64,000 nt of DNA. Source: Planctomycetota bacterium. Its GTDB lineage: Bacteria > Planctomycetota > J058 > JAJDCP01. Made by a program: the position numbers and the translations under genes. This document shows positions 37,524 to 47,393 of the stretch, in pieces. The stretch is taken from assembly GCA_029260765.1 (NCBI GenBank), contig JAJDCP010000125.1, positions 1,863 to 65,862 of the forward strand. Direction: 5' to 3'. The notes under the pieces were generated by a model. That model was not told where the DNA came from. It did not search any database and saw nothing but the letters and a program-made list of their open reading frames with translations. Within the stretch, counting starts at the first letter, position 1; every line of letters starts with the position of its first letter.

Positions 37524-39311
37524 TCAGCCGCTGTTGTAGGTCAGCAGACGGCCGGAGCGCGCATCGCGCGTAAACCTGTAGAAATGCCAGTGGGTCACAC
37601 AGCGGTTGAGGAACATGGCCAGACCGATCACGTTGGGCCTGTACTTCAGGTTCTTGCGAAAGAAGAAGCGCAGGTAGACCCGACCTACCGAGAACAGGGA
37701 GCCGTCCCTGAGCAAGGTCCAGAACAGGTTCCACAGCAGGATGAGGCTGTAGCCCAGGGTGGGCAGGGTGCGTCCCTCATTGGCCTTGCGGCTGATCTCG
37801 GCCCGGCGTTCGTGGTACTCGGGGAGGCGGTAGGCCATGAAGTAGCGTTCCAGGAAAGCCTCGGGCGTGTAGAGGCGGCGCACCAGCTCCCAGTAATTCT
37901 CCCGCAGCTCCTTGCGCGTCATGTTCTTGGGGTGGAAGTTGCAGTTGGGGTCGTTGCTGACCAGACGCCCCGCTTTCTCGAGGCGCTCATAGAGGGGCGT
38001 CTTGGGGATCGCAGACAGCATGCCCACCATCGCGAGCAGGACGCCATTGCTCTGGATGAAATCGTACTGGGCGTCGAAGATCTCTTTGTCGTCATTGTCG
38101 AAACCCACGATGAACCCAGCGCTGATGTCGAGGCCCGCGCGCTGGATGCGCCTCAGCTTCTCCTCCATGCTATCGCCGCGCGTGTTTTGAAACTTCTTCG
38201 TCTCCTCCAAGCTTGCCTTCTTGGGCGTCTCGATACCAATGAAGATGCTGCGAAAATTGGCCCGATACATCAGCTCCAAGAGCTCTTCATCGTCGGCGAG
38301 GTTCAAGCTGGCCTCGGTGTTCAGGCGCAGCGGATAGCCGTGCTTCTCCTGCCACTTGATGATCTCGCGCAGGAGCTCTTTGGCCTTTCTCTTGTTTCCG
38401 ATGAAGTTGTCGTCTACGACCATGGCCAGGAAGAACCCGGCCTTACGCAACTCGTCGAGCTCGTTGATCACCTGCGCGGGGGTCTTGAGCCGCGGCACGC
38501 GCCCGTAGATGACGATGATGTCGCAGAACTCACACTGGAAGGGGCAGCCCCGCGAGAACTGCAGCGCTCCTGCTCCGTAGCGGCTGGCGTTGAGCAGGTC
38601 GTAACGCGGCGAAGGGAGCTGGCTCATATCGGTCTTTCGGGACTGCTCGTAGCGGGCCACGAGTGGGCGTCCGGCGGCGAAGTCGGCGAGGAACCTGGGC
38701 CAGGTCTCATCCGCCTCGCCGATGAACACCGCGTCGTAGAGACCGTCGAAGTATTCGGTCTCCACGTAGGCTAGAGGCCCGCCGACGCACACGAAGGTCT
38801 CGATGCGGCGCAGACGCTCGAGAATCTCGCGCATACGAACGCGCTGCACATTCATACCCGTGACGCCCACGATGTCATAGCTCGAGAGGGCATCCCAGTC
38901 GATGTCCTCCACGTTCTCGTCAAGGAGGCGGAAGTCATGGCTCCCGCCCAGGCCTGCCAGAGTGGGCAGAGCACCGTTGATCATGGTGCTGCGCCGGTCC
39001 CCCGGATAGAGGGGGAGCGCGAACTCGAAGCCCCAGAACGAGGGCTCGAAGCGCGGGTTGATCAGACACACCTGGAGAGTACGCGCCGGCGCCGACAGCT
39101 CCACTGCGGACGCAGACCGGACCCCAGAAGGCTGGGCTTCCGCATCGGATGGGACGAGGCTGGAGCGGGTCAGGACTGGGGACGTAGTAGTAGGAACCAA
39201 GTGCTGTCCCTCCAGGCAAGTGTCTACGACAGACCGATTGTCGCGTGGTTGCAGGTTGAAGCCATCGGAGCCCAAGCGGCTTCCTGCGGTTGCATACAGG
39301 TGCCGGAGCAA
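37524..39311 (-). CDS. B12-binding radical SAM protein (HpnP/DUF4070-like)
   Basis: 'LLDENVE', 'GVTGMNVQ', 'SRGCPFQCEFC' (CxxxCxxC), 'VDDNFIGN', 'GFIVGFDND'. The true start is probably downstream of 39311. Confidence 0.88.
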   Translation of the reverse strand: MLRHLYATAGSRLGSDGFNLQPRDNRSVVDTCLEGQHLVPTTTSPVLTRSSLVPSDAEAQPSGVRSASAVELSAPARTLQVCLINPRFEPSFWGFEFALPLYPGDRRSTMINGALPTLAGLGGSHDFRLLDENVEDIDWDALSSYDIVGVTGMNVQRVRMREILERLRRIETFVCVGGPLAYVETEYFDGLYDAVFIGEADETWPRFLADFAAGRPLVARYEQSRKTDMSQLPSPRYDLLNASRYGAGALQFSRGCPFQCEFCDIIVIYGRVPRLKTPAQVINELDELRKAGFFLAMVVDDNFIGNKRKAKELLREIIKWQEKHGYPLRLNTEASLNLADDEELLELMYRANFRSIFIGIETPKKASLEETKKFQNTRGDSMEEKLRRIQRAGLDISAGFIVGFDNDDKEIFDAQYDFIQSNGVLLAMVGMLSAIPKTPLYERLEKAGRLVSNDPNCNFHPKNMTRKELRENYWELVRRLYTPEAFLERYFMAYRLPEYHERRAEISRKANEGRTLPTLGYSLILLWNLFWTLLRDGSLFSVGRVYLRFFFRKNLKYRPNVIGLAMFLNRCVTHWHFYRFTRDARSGRLLTYNSG

Positions 39312-39402
39312 TCTTCATGCCGATGGGGGGGGAGGAAGTTCGCCGGGGTGCGTTTTGGCGGCTCGCTACCGCGTGCCGTTCATGGCTTCCTGGCCGGCCT
39401 GC

Positions 39403-40110
39403 TCATCGGCCTCGACCGACATCGACAAGCAGGATCTCGCTGGTCGTCTGGGCTGTGAAAGAGACGCTGCGTTCCAACGTCACTCCCACCCCGTCTCCCC
39501 GGGTCAGGATCAGGTCTTGCAGCTTGACCTCGCCGTCGATGAGATGGAGCCAGGCGCTCCGTCCCGGGGCCAGCTCGTGGATGAGGTGCGTTCCCGGGTC
39601 GATGATGCTCGAGAAGATCTGGGCGTCCTGCAGGATGCGGAGCGACCCTCTACGTCCGTCAGAGGAGGCGACGGTACACAGCATGTTGCGGCGCTGCGCC
39701 GAGGTGAAGCGCCTCTGCTCCTGGGAGCACTCGAGGCCGGATTGTGCGGGACGCAGGGTTATCCTGAAGAGGTGCGCCTGCTGCGTCGGCGACGCGCTCG
39801 TCTCTCTGTGGCGGATGCCGCGGCCCGTGACCATGCGTTGGAACTCACCCGCCTGGACGACGATCGAGCTTCCGTTGGAGCTCTCCTGCGCGAGGGCCCC
39901 CCTGTGCAGGTACAGCACGATCTCGGCTTCATTGGGTACGTGCATGGCAGAGGCACTGCCCGGTTGGAGTCGAAGCTCGTCGAAGCTGGTGACAAGGCCC
40001 AACGCGTCGTGGCTGGCAGCTGGCCGCCGCTGAGGGTCGAACGTCGACCAGATGGCCAGCTCAGCTTTCTCGACATGGCGGCGCTCCGCGTTCCTGCGCA
40101 GCGTAATCAT
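39403..40110 (-). CDS. Pirin-like bicupin with degenerate metal site
   Basis: Colinear with the pirin at 18285, but MHPHRDME is replaced by MHVPNEAE; 'GSLRILQDA' and 'GRSAWLH' are retained. Confidence 0.85.
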   Translation of the reverse strand: MITLRRNAERRHVEKAELAIWSTFDPQRRPAASHDALGLVTSFDELRLQPGSASAMHVPNEAEIVLYLHRGALAQESSNGSSIVVQAGEFQRMVTGRGIRHRETSASPTQQAHLFRITLRPAQSGLECSQEQRRFTSAQRRNMLCTVASSDGRRGSLRILQDAQIFSSIIDPGTHLIHELAPGRSAWLHLIDGEVKLQDLILTRGDGVGVTLERSVSFTAQTTSEILLVDVGRGR

Positions 40111-40381
40111 GGTTTGTCACGATTCATGGAGAAGGGCTGTGCCCGGGATCTCAACTGTCAGGGCTCGGAAGAACGGGCGACCTGACGCCCTCGGCCAGCC
40201 TGGCTGGCGCGCTCTTGCGAGACCTCTCCCATGAGTCGCGCGGCGGCTCCTGGCCGCTGCGTTGCGCTTCCGTTGCGCAGCAAATCCTATCAGTGGGCAC
40301 GTCGCCCCCTTTGTTGTGCTGGCGCGCTGATTTCTAACACTGTCCGTGGCCCCCGGTGGAGGTTGCTGTAGACAGCGTGAC

Positions 40382-40396
40382 GCATCGACCGTGCCA
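40382..40396 (-). promoter_or_regulatory. Sigma-54 -24/-12 promoter
   Basis: TGGCACGGTCGATGC has the exact GG-N10-GC spacing, is divergent from a sigma54 activator and points at the pirin-like gene. Confidence 0.7.
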
Positions 40397-40494
40397 ACAC
40401 AATCAGGTAGAGGGAGTTGCGCGACAGTACTTTGTCGTGCGTCGCACATCGCATTGAAATGAAGTACCATCCATTCAAATTGATGTGGTGCTTT

Positions 40495-42138
40495 ATGCGA
40501 GTCGAGGATCTGCATCACGACGAACTGCTGGAGTTGGACCCGGAAGGAGGCGTGATCCGTTTCGCGGGTCAACGCGCGCTCCTGCTCAACGCTGTGGCCA
40601 TGGGAGTCCTGCGGCAGTATCTCGTCGACAACTTCGGCCTGACGGCTGCCCGAACGGTGCTGACCCAGTTCGGCTTCGCCCATGGCTGGCGCATGGCGGA
40701 GGCCATGCAGCGGGAATTCAAGTGGGTGGATCAGCGTGAATGGAGCCGCGCAGGCCCTCGCATCCATACTCTGGGCGGACTGTTCCGCACGCAACCGGGG
40801 CACGAGGACCCGATCAGCAAGCAGGGGGCGATGTTGCTCGCCTCCTACGAAGCGGAGCAGCATCTCCTGCACTTTGGCCGCTCCGATTCTCCTGTGTGTT
40901 GGACGATCTGCGGTCTGATGAGTGGCTACTTCAGCCACACCAGCGGCGAAGAGGTCTACGTCATCGAAGATCGCTGCCTGGGCAGAGGCGATGCGGCCTG
41001 CCATCTTCTGGGCCGCACACGCGCAGGATGGGGGAGCGAACACGCGGAGGAGCTGCTGTATTTCGACTCGGGGCGTCTGAAGGAGAGTCTCGATGTTTCC
41101 CTCAGCCGTGTGATGGCAACCTTGAAGGCCGCGGAGGAGTCTCTGCGGGCCCACCGCAAGCTGCTGGTGCCGTTCGTGCATGACGTCGAGGAGCCGCTGG
41201 GGATCGTCGCCAAGAGCGCGAAGATGCAAAAGCTGTTGCAGCAGGCGCGTCGCGTGGCAAGAGTCGAGGCCACCGTCCTCATCACCGGTGAGAGCGGGGT
41301 GGGCAAGGAACGTGTCGCGCGCCTCATCCACCAAGAGTCGAAACGTGCCGCGGGGCCCTTCATCTCCGTCAACTGTGGGGCGATCACCGAGACGCTCATC
41401 GAGAGTGAGCTGTTCGGGCACAAGCGCGGCGCGTTCACAGGCGCGAGCTCAGACCGACCCGGCTTGTTCGAAGCGGCCCAGCACGGAACGCTGCTGCTGG
41501 ATGAGATCGGTGACATCTCCGCGGGCATGCAGGTCAACCTCTTGCGGGTGATTCAGGAGCGGCAGGTCAGACGGGTCGGGGAGAACACGAGCCGTCCTGT
41601 GGATGTACGGGTTTTGGCCGCCACCAACCGCGACCTGGCCCACGCGGTCGCAGATGGTGCCTTCCGCCAGGACCTCTATTTCCGGCTCAAGGTCATCGAG
41701 CTCCACGTTCCCCCCCTTCGCGACCGCCATGAAGACATCCTGCCGCTCGCCCGGTTCCTGCTCGCGGATGCTGCCTCTCGTATCGACCGCAAGATCTCGG
41801 GCCTCATGCCCCGCGCAGCCGATCAGCTGCTGCGCTACGATTGGCCTGGCAACGTGCGAGAGCTGGAGAACGCGATGGAGCGAGCTGTCGCCTTCGCGGT
41901 CGGAAGCCGCGTGGACTTCAGCGATCTACCCGAGGAGATCCGCCAGGTTTTCCCCAAACCGGTGATCAGTGAGGGAACGGTGCAACCGCTCGTGGAAATC
42001 GAGAAGGAGTACATCCTCGCGGCACTGAAACTGAACGATGGCAACCAGACCCGAACTGCAAAGCAGCTGCGCATCGCCACGGCGACCCTGTACCGCAAGC
42101 TCAAGAAGTACGGCCTCATCAAGAAGTCCAAGAAGTGA
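40495..42138 (+). CDS. XylR/DmpR-type sigma-54-dependent activator (XylR_N, V4R, AAA+, Fis HTH)
   Basis: 'GQRALL', V4R 'CWTICG...EDRC.GRGDAAC', Walker A GESGVGKE, GAFTGA, 'WPGNVRELEN', 'TLYRKLKKY'. Confidence 0.95.
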   Translation: MRVEDLHHDELLELDPEGGVIRFAGQRALLLNAVAMGVLRQYLVDNFGLTAARTVLTQFGFAHGWRMAEAMQREFKWVDQREWSRAGPRIHTLGGLFRTQPGHEDPISKQGAMLLASYEAEQHLLHFGRSDSPVCWTICGLMSGYFSHTSGEEVYVIEDRCLGRGDAACHLLGRTRAGWGSEHAEELLYFDSGRLKESLDVSLSRVMATLKAAEESLRAHRKLLVPFVHDVEEPLGIVAKSAKMQKLLQQARRVARVEATVLITGESGVGKERVARLIHQESKRAAGPFISVNCGAITETLIESELFGHKRGAFTGASSDRPGLFEAAQHGTLLLDEIGDISAGMQVNLLRVIQERQVRRVGENTSRPVDVRVLAATNRDLAHAVADGAFRQDLYFRLKVIELHVPPLRDRHEDILPLARFLLADAASRIDRKISGLMPRAADQLLRYDWPGNVRELENAMERAVAFAVGSRVDFSDLPEEIRQVFPKPVISEGTVQPLVEIEKEYILAALKLNDGNQTRTAKQLRIATATLYRKLKKYGLIKKSKK

Positions 42139-42416
42139 CATCGGACGCCAGTTCTGCAGGCGCGAGCCGGGTAGAACGTCGTGGTCAGGGGTTCTTCAAC
42201 CCAGACTGAGGACTCCTCGCAGGGGATGGCGAAACATTCTCTGGCCTCAAGCCAACGGTTTCTTGGGACCGAGCGCGCTCCGTCCGAGTGACGCTTCCCA
42301 AAGAGTCGCGCTCGCCCGGCCTGCTCCGACGTCCTCGCTCCCTGCCCCATCTCCCTGGTATCATGGGCCGTCCGATCCTGACCCCAAGGAGGCTCGCTGT
42401 GACCCTACCTGCGACT

Positions 42417-43436
42417 ATGCGCGCGATCGTGCTTCCCCGCCATGCCGTCGACCTGTCCGAGGCCATCGCCGGCCTGCGCGTCGAGGAACGGCCGGTGCCA
42501 AGCCTGCGCAAGGGCCAGGTCTTGATCCGGATGTTGGCTGCGCCCTGCAATCCCAGTGACCTTCTGTTCCTGCAGGATCAGTACGGCGTCAAGAAGACCT
42601 TGCCGAGTGTGCCGGGTTGGGAGGGCGTCGGCGAGGTCGTGGCGTCCGGAGGCGGCTTCCTGCCCTGGTTCCTCAAGGGCAAGAAGGTCGCCTGTGCGGG
42701 CCAGGCGGACCGGGACGGAACCTGGGCCGAGTACTTCGTCACTGAGGCCGCCCAGTGCCTGCCGCTGCTCGCGGGTATGGACGCCGTCCAGGGCTCGATG
42801 CTGATCGTCAACCCCTTCACCGCCGCGGCCCTGCTGGATGAGGCCCGCAGCCTGGGCTCGAACGCGGTCGTCCATCTGGCCGCGGCGAGCCAGCTGGGGC
42901 GGATGATGCTGCCTCTGGCCAAGGACATGCGCATCCCGTTGCTCAATGTCGTCCGCCGCCCCGCCCAGGTCGAGCTCTTGCGCGGCCTGGGGGCGGAGCA
43001 CGTGCTGAATTCCAGCGCGCCTGGTCATGCCGAGGAGCTGCGTGCGCTGTGCCAGCGGCTCGGCGCGACGGTCGCCTGTGATCCCGTCGCCGGGCCGCGC
43101 ACGGGCCAGGTGCTCGAGGCTATGGGGCAGGGGGGCACCGTGCTGGTGTACGGTGCTCTGTCCGGCGAGGCCTGCGGCGGCATCGACCCGATCGGTCTGA
43201 TCTTCAAACAGCAGCGCGTGCGCGGCTTCTGGCTCAGCGAGTGGGTCCAGTCCCGCGGTATGCTGGCGATCCTGCGCCGCGGCAACGCCCTGCAGCGCCA
43301 CTTCGTGTCCGGCACCCTGCGCAGCGCCGTCCGGGCCGAGGTCGGCTTCGACGCATTCGCTGCACAGCTGCAGGCCTACGCGGACGACATGACCGGCGGC
43401 AAGGTCGTGCTGCGCCCGTGGGGGGCCGGCGCTTGA
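42417..43436 (+). CDS. Medium-chain dehydrogenase/reductase (MECR / quinone reductase-like)
   Basis: 'AAPCNPSDL', 'VPGWEGVGEVV', 'GTWAEY', 'VNPFTA', 'AAASQLG'. Confidence 0.9.
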   Translation: MRAIVLPRHAVDLSEAIAGLRVEERPVPSLRKGQVLIRMLAAPCNPSDLLFLQDQYGVKKTLPSVPGWEGVGEVVASGGGFLPWFLKGKKVACAGQADRDGTWAEYFVTEAAQCLPLLAGMDAVQGSMLIVNPFTAAALLDEARSLGSNAVVHLAAASQLGRMMLPLAKDMRIPLLNVVRRPAQVELLRGLGAEHVLNSSAPGHAEELRALCQRLGATVACDPVAGPRTGQVLEAMGQGGTVLVYGALSGEACGGIDPIGLIFKQQRVRGFWLSEWVQSRGMLAILRRGNALQRHFVSGTLRSAVRAEVGFDAFAAQLQAYADDMTGGKVVLRPWGAGA

Positions 43437-43526
43437 GCGCACCCCCGGGGGCCGTGCTGGTTCTGGACGACGGACAGCTCGGTGGTCGTTTTGGTGCGCG
43501 GGGGCGGCATCCCGATGGGGATCTGC

Positions 43527-44225
43527 TTACCGCAATCTCCGGCAGCGGTGCGCCGGCGAGCGGTGTCCCCGACAGCCAGGCCTTCCACAGCTATTGCGCG
43601 GGCGCTGTCCCGCAGCCGCAGAAGCCGCGGGCGCAGGTCCGGCCACCCGCAGCTGCGCTCCCTGGGTGCGGCCGTGGACGGTCGCGTGATCGTAGCTATC
43701 GCTCGCGTGCTGCACTTCGCCGGCCAGTGAGGCGAAAAGCGAGCGCACCCGCTCGCGCATCAGCTGCAGCGCTTCGCGTTCGGCCGCCTGCCGGCTGCTG
43801 CCCATGCCCATCACCCGGGCCTCCGACAAGGTCCGCTGGTAGCGCTGCATCACCGGGAGCGAGCAGGCCGAGTGGCCCTGCTCGTGGGCGCGCAGGCAGC
43901 GCTGGTAGCGCTCCCATTCGCGACGGGCGGTGGCGGGCACATTTGTCCAGCGCGGCAGGCGGAAGCGGAAACCGTAGCGCAGCGTCGCCGCGCTGACCTG
44001 CGCTTGGACGATCCAGCTGTCGCCGGCCTGTTGCGCAGAGCCGGGCATGATGCCGAGGCGCAGTCCCCGCATCACGTCGGCCACGGTGTCGCAGCTCGCT
44101 GCGTGGCGGCCCTGGGAGTCGCGCGGTCCGAGGCGCTCGATCTGGGCGCGGGCTTCTGCCAGGCTCGCTGCTTGGAAAGAGTAGTGGTTTCTCTCTTCGC
44201 CGAGGTTGAGAAGTGTGACAGCCAT
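43527..44225 (-). CDS. DUF922-like putative Zn-dependent protease
   Basis: 'LPRW...WERY...LRAHEQGH' (HExxH) and 'YDHATVHGRTQGA'. AGGAGG RBS; no obvious signal peptide. Confidence 0.75.
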   Translation of the reverse strand: MAVTLLNLGEERNHYSFQAASLAEARAQIERLGPRDSQGRHAASCDTVADVMRGLRLGIMPGSAQQAGDSWIVQAQVSAATLRYGFRFRLPRWTNVPATARREWERYQRCLRAHEQGHSACSLPVMQRYQRTLSEARVMGMGSSRQAAEREALQLMRERVRSLFASLAGEVQHASDSYDHATVHGRTQGAQLRVAGPAPAASAAAGQRPRNSCGRPGCRGHRSPAHRCRRLR

Positions 44226-44352
44226 CGGGATCCTCCTGGGAGTCTGTCCTGCGCGTAACATACGCCGTGCCGGACCCGTTCGATGTCTGGAAGTCCTTTA
44301 TTGGCAATGTGTTGTAGAATGACAGCGGCCGTCAGGTGGGCTGGGCACAGGC

Positions 44353-44502
44353 TCGAGTTCCGCGTCCGATCGCCTGGTTGTTCAGATCGAGGCCGGCAGG
44401 TGTTCACTGTGCCACACTTCCGGCCGTGCTCGAGGCTGCGGTGCGACGCGAGGTCTGACGAGGCGCGCGGCGTGTTGCCAGCACCTGCCGGTGGCGCTCA
44501 AT
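44353..44502 (+). repeat. Degenerate direct repeat, copy 1
   Basis: Shares the exact 33-mer GCGTCCGATCGCCTGGTTGTTCAGATCGAGGCC, plus TGCTCGAGGCTGCGGTG and AGGCGCGCGGCGT.TTGCCAGCACC, with 49081-49219. Confidence 0.9.
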
Positions 44503-44540
44503 TCGTGCAACACACCCTGCTGCTTGATCGGCACAGGGAC

Positions 44541-47375
44541 CTATCGGGGAGATGACCACTGTATTTCTGCTCCCCAGACGGTCTCGCCAAAGCGGACTCG
44601 AGCACGTAGCTCTGCGTCGCTCTCAAGCAGGATCTTCTCGCTGTACAGCAGGGCATGCGCAGAGACCCTGCCGTCATCGCTCCGGGGGTCGCTTCCGTCG
44701 AGGCAGTAGTAGATCTCTCCGCCCTGACGGGAGCGCAGCTCAACGCACGGACCGGCGCCCTCCGTTGGTGTTCCTACAACCTCGGGAGCCGCAATCAGCT
44801 GGGAATCTACCCACGCGAGCCGCTCCGCGAGCCAGGAACGCATCGTCTCGAGCTTGCCCTTCCAGCCCTGGGGTCCGAGCTCGAGCTCGGGCCAGCGCTC
44901 GAAGTTGCGCCCGGCGGCTTCATCGATCTCGGCGGCGAGACCATCCAGCAGCTCGTTGAGCAATGGGGCGTTCAGCCTGCCCTGGCGCAATTGGAGCCAA
45001 CGTCTCGCGTAGCGATCGACGAAGGCAGGATCGGAGAACAGGCGCTTCCACCAGCCGAAATCCCAGCGTCGGCTCCAGCCTACCGGAGTGATGTCGGGTG
45101 GGTCGTCCCCCAGATCGTGGTTGTCGAAGTGCATCGCGCGGTCGAAGTCCCAAGGCGGCCCGGCCCGCAGCTTCTCCCCTGGGCCCGCCAACCTGTGCAT
45201 ATACGTGCTGTACTCGTTTGCATCCTTGTTCTTGAGGAGCTCATTGAGGAGGTGCACGTCGATCCAAGAAGCCACGTCGAGCCAGGCTGCGTAACCGCTC
45301 TCGGGATCTTTGTAGGCATCAGAGTACAGCGCGTCATGGACGCCCTGGGTGTAGTCGAGGATCTCACGGCGACGCTGCGGGGTGAGCCGATCTTCCTGGG
45401 GGTAGCAATGGGCAAACCAGTATGCGCCCAACTCGAAACCCAGCTCGTCGGGCCCGCGAAAGTCCTGCTTGATGATCCAACCCCCGCCATCCTCCATGCC
45501 GTCGGGCCAGCCCAGATCCAGCCGCTGCGGACCGGCCTCGATCTTCTCGATCAGTACATACAAGCCCCGATAGTCCTGACGCTCGACCGGCCGGTCTTCA
45601 AAGCTCAGAAACAGCTCCAGAAAACGCGTGCGGGGCGCCCAGATCCCCAGCTCTCGGGCCAGAGCGTAGGCGAAGACGTTGTGGATCAAGGTCGTGTCGA
45701 AGTTGTAGGAGGAGTACAGGATCCAATCGGCATCGCTGCCCAGGCCCAGCAACGTGTGCGGACTGTCCTTGCCCCCGGCATCACGCAGCTCGACCGCATA
45801 GGTCTTCTTGGGCCGATGGAAGGAACTGGAGCCGCGGGTCCGCACGCCTGCCGCGCTGAAGACATCGGGTTTGCGTGCAAGCCGCGCTCGATCGTCCTCC
45901 CCCAGCTCCCAGAGCGCGAAACTGCCCTCTCCCGAATTCCAGTGAATGGGATCCTGACCGGCCACGGTGACGAGAGCGACGGGTAGATTGGAGTGGAACT
46001 CCTGTGCTGTTGAGCCCAGGACTACGTAATGTCCGTTGCTGACAGGCCCCAGGTCGCCTCGGGGCGTCTGCAAGCGGGCCCGCAGTTGGCGGTTGCCGAG
46101 CACCCGGAAAGGGCCCCTGTAGGCGGCAGATTGGGCATCAGCTTCGAGGTTGTTCAGGCTGTAGCGCACCATGCCCGGCCCGCCGGCGGACAATCTGACC
46201 TGCGGAGGCTCGTGGAAGACGCCCGGCGGCGGCTGCATCTCGACCACAGGCAGAGGACGGAGATGCCCGGAGGTGTTGGCGCGGCCCGGCGTTGGTTCGC
46301 CGAAGAAGCGATAACTGCTCGTGTCGTAGGGCTTCTCACGCACGGCCAGCAGCCTCAAGTCGAGCAGCAGATCCGGGCTCTCGTTTTCATTGAACAGCCG
46401 CAGGGCCAGCATGTTCGTGCCATCACGCAACGCAGCAATCGCGCTGGAAATGTCGACATCCTGGCTTCGCAGGGCCTCCCAGTCCCCGCGAAGCTCTTTG
46501 ATCTCCGCCTGAATGTCGGAAGCGCTATCGATAGAAACGCCCCCGGCGGCGACGATCTCCCCGTTGATCCAGGCCACGACGGCGTCGTCATAGCACCAGC
46601 GCAGGATCAGCCGGTCGACCCCCTGCGGATCGACGATCTCGAAGGGAATCCGCAGCAGGATGGACGGCTGCATTTTCCACATCTTCCACATCTCTCTACG
46701 GATGTCTGTGCGGAGAGTGCGTTTGAAGAAATCTTCGAACTCGAATCCAAAAGGAAAGCTGCAAGGCTTCCATGAGCCATCGGGCTCGCCAAGCTGTTGC
46801 CATGGAGTCTCGAGCAGCTCTTCGGTCGGGAAGTGGTACAGCCCCGCGACTGGGGCGAATTCGAGGTCCTCGGATTCGGTGGCCAGCCCATAGGACTGGT
46901 TGGAGGGAGTCCGGGGGAACTTGGGCACCACCGAGGACAGAATCTCACCGTCCCGTGCCAGCAGGGCCAAGGGCTCCCCCGACGCATCGAGGCGGAAATT
47001 GGTGTGCAGCTCTGCATCGGGATCTCGACGATCCTTCGCCGAGGCAAAGACGATCAGGTACTCCCCGGCGCCGATGCGCAGGCCCGTGGGAAACTGCCAA
47101 CGCTTGGGTCGGGACAGATCATCCGTCAGGGAGCAGCCTGACAAGTCATAGTCTTCGGACCCTGCGTTGTAGATCTCGATCCAATCGGGGCAGAGCCCGT
47201 CGGCATCGCGCAAGCCTCGAGCGTTCGCGGCGCAGACCTCGGTGATCAGCAATACGGGGCGGCGGCTTGTGGGAAGCGACAGCAGCCCGACCAGGCAACC
47301 CGCGAGGATGGCCCAGAGGACCAGCTTGCCCCCGACGCGTCGAAGCGGATGCAGCTCCTTCGGCTTTTCCTCCAC
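44541..47375 (-). CDS. cotH: CotH kinase family protein with lamin-tail and Fn3/chitobiase-like domains
   Basis: N-terminal TM; LTD 'ITEVCAAN...DWIEIYN...LHTNFRL'; CotH 'RGSSS...KKTY', 'YRGLYVLIEKI', 'KNKD', 'PWDFD'; 'IYYCLDGSDP'. Confidence 0.9.
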   Translation of the reverse strand: MEEKPKELHPLRRVGGKLVLWAILAGCLVGLLSLPTSRRPVLLITEVCAANARGLRDADGLCPDWIEIYNAGSEDYDLSGCSLTDDLSRPKRWQFPTGLRIGAGEYLIVFASAKDRRDPDAELHTNFRLDASGEPLALLARDGEILSSVVPKFPRTPSNQSYGLATESEDLEFAPVAGLYHFPTEELLETPWQQLGEPDGSWKPCSFPFGFEFEDFFKRTLRTDIRREMWKMWKMQPSILLRIPFEIVDPQGVDRLILRWCYDDAVVAWINGEIVAAGGVSIDSASDIQAEIKELRGDWEALRSQDVDISSAIAALRDGTNMLALRLFNENESPDLLLDLRLLAVREKPYDTSSYRFFGEPTPGRANTSGHLRPLPVVEMQPPPGVFHEPPQVRLSAGGPGMVRYSLNNLEADAQSAAYRGPFRVLGNRQLRARLQTPRGDLGPVSNGHYVVLGSTAQEFHSNLPVALVTVAGQDPIHWNSGEGSFALWELGEDDRARLARKPDVFSAAGVRTRGSSSFHRPKKTYAVELRDAGGKDSPHTLLGLGSDADWILYSSYNFDTTLIHNVFAYALARELGIWAPRTRFLELFLSFEDRPVERQDYRGLYVLIEKIEAGPQRLDLGWPDGMEDGGGWIIKQDFRGPDELGFELGAYWFAHCYPQEDRLTPQRRREILDYTQGVHDALYSDAYKDPESGYAAWLDVASWIDVHLLNELLKNKDANEYSTYMHRLAGPGEKLRAGPPWDFDRAMHFDNHDLGDDPPDITPVGWSRRWDFGWWKRLFSDPAFVDRYARRWLQLRQGRLNAPLLNELLDGLAAEIDEAAGRNFERWPELELGPQGWKGKLETMRSWLAERLAWVDSQLIAAPEVVGTPTEGAGPCVELRSRQGGEIYYCLDGSDPRSDDGRVSAHALLYSEKILLESDAELRARVRFGETVWGAEIQWSSPR

Positions 47376-47393
47376 GGTCGTGATCCTCTCCGA

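Noticed and set aside
40205-40218. Sigma54-like TGGCGCGCTCTTGC (and CGGCACCTGTATGC near 39292-39305)
   Set aside because: GG-to-GC spacing is 9, not the required 10.
46670-46692. MWKMWKM micro-duplication in CotH, and the (DP)n repeat near 53710
   Set aside because: Small in-frame slippage repeats with no evident function.
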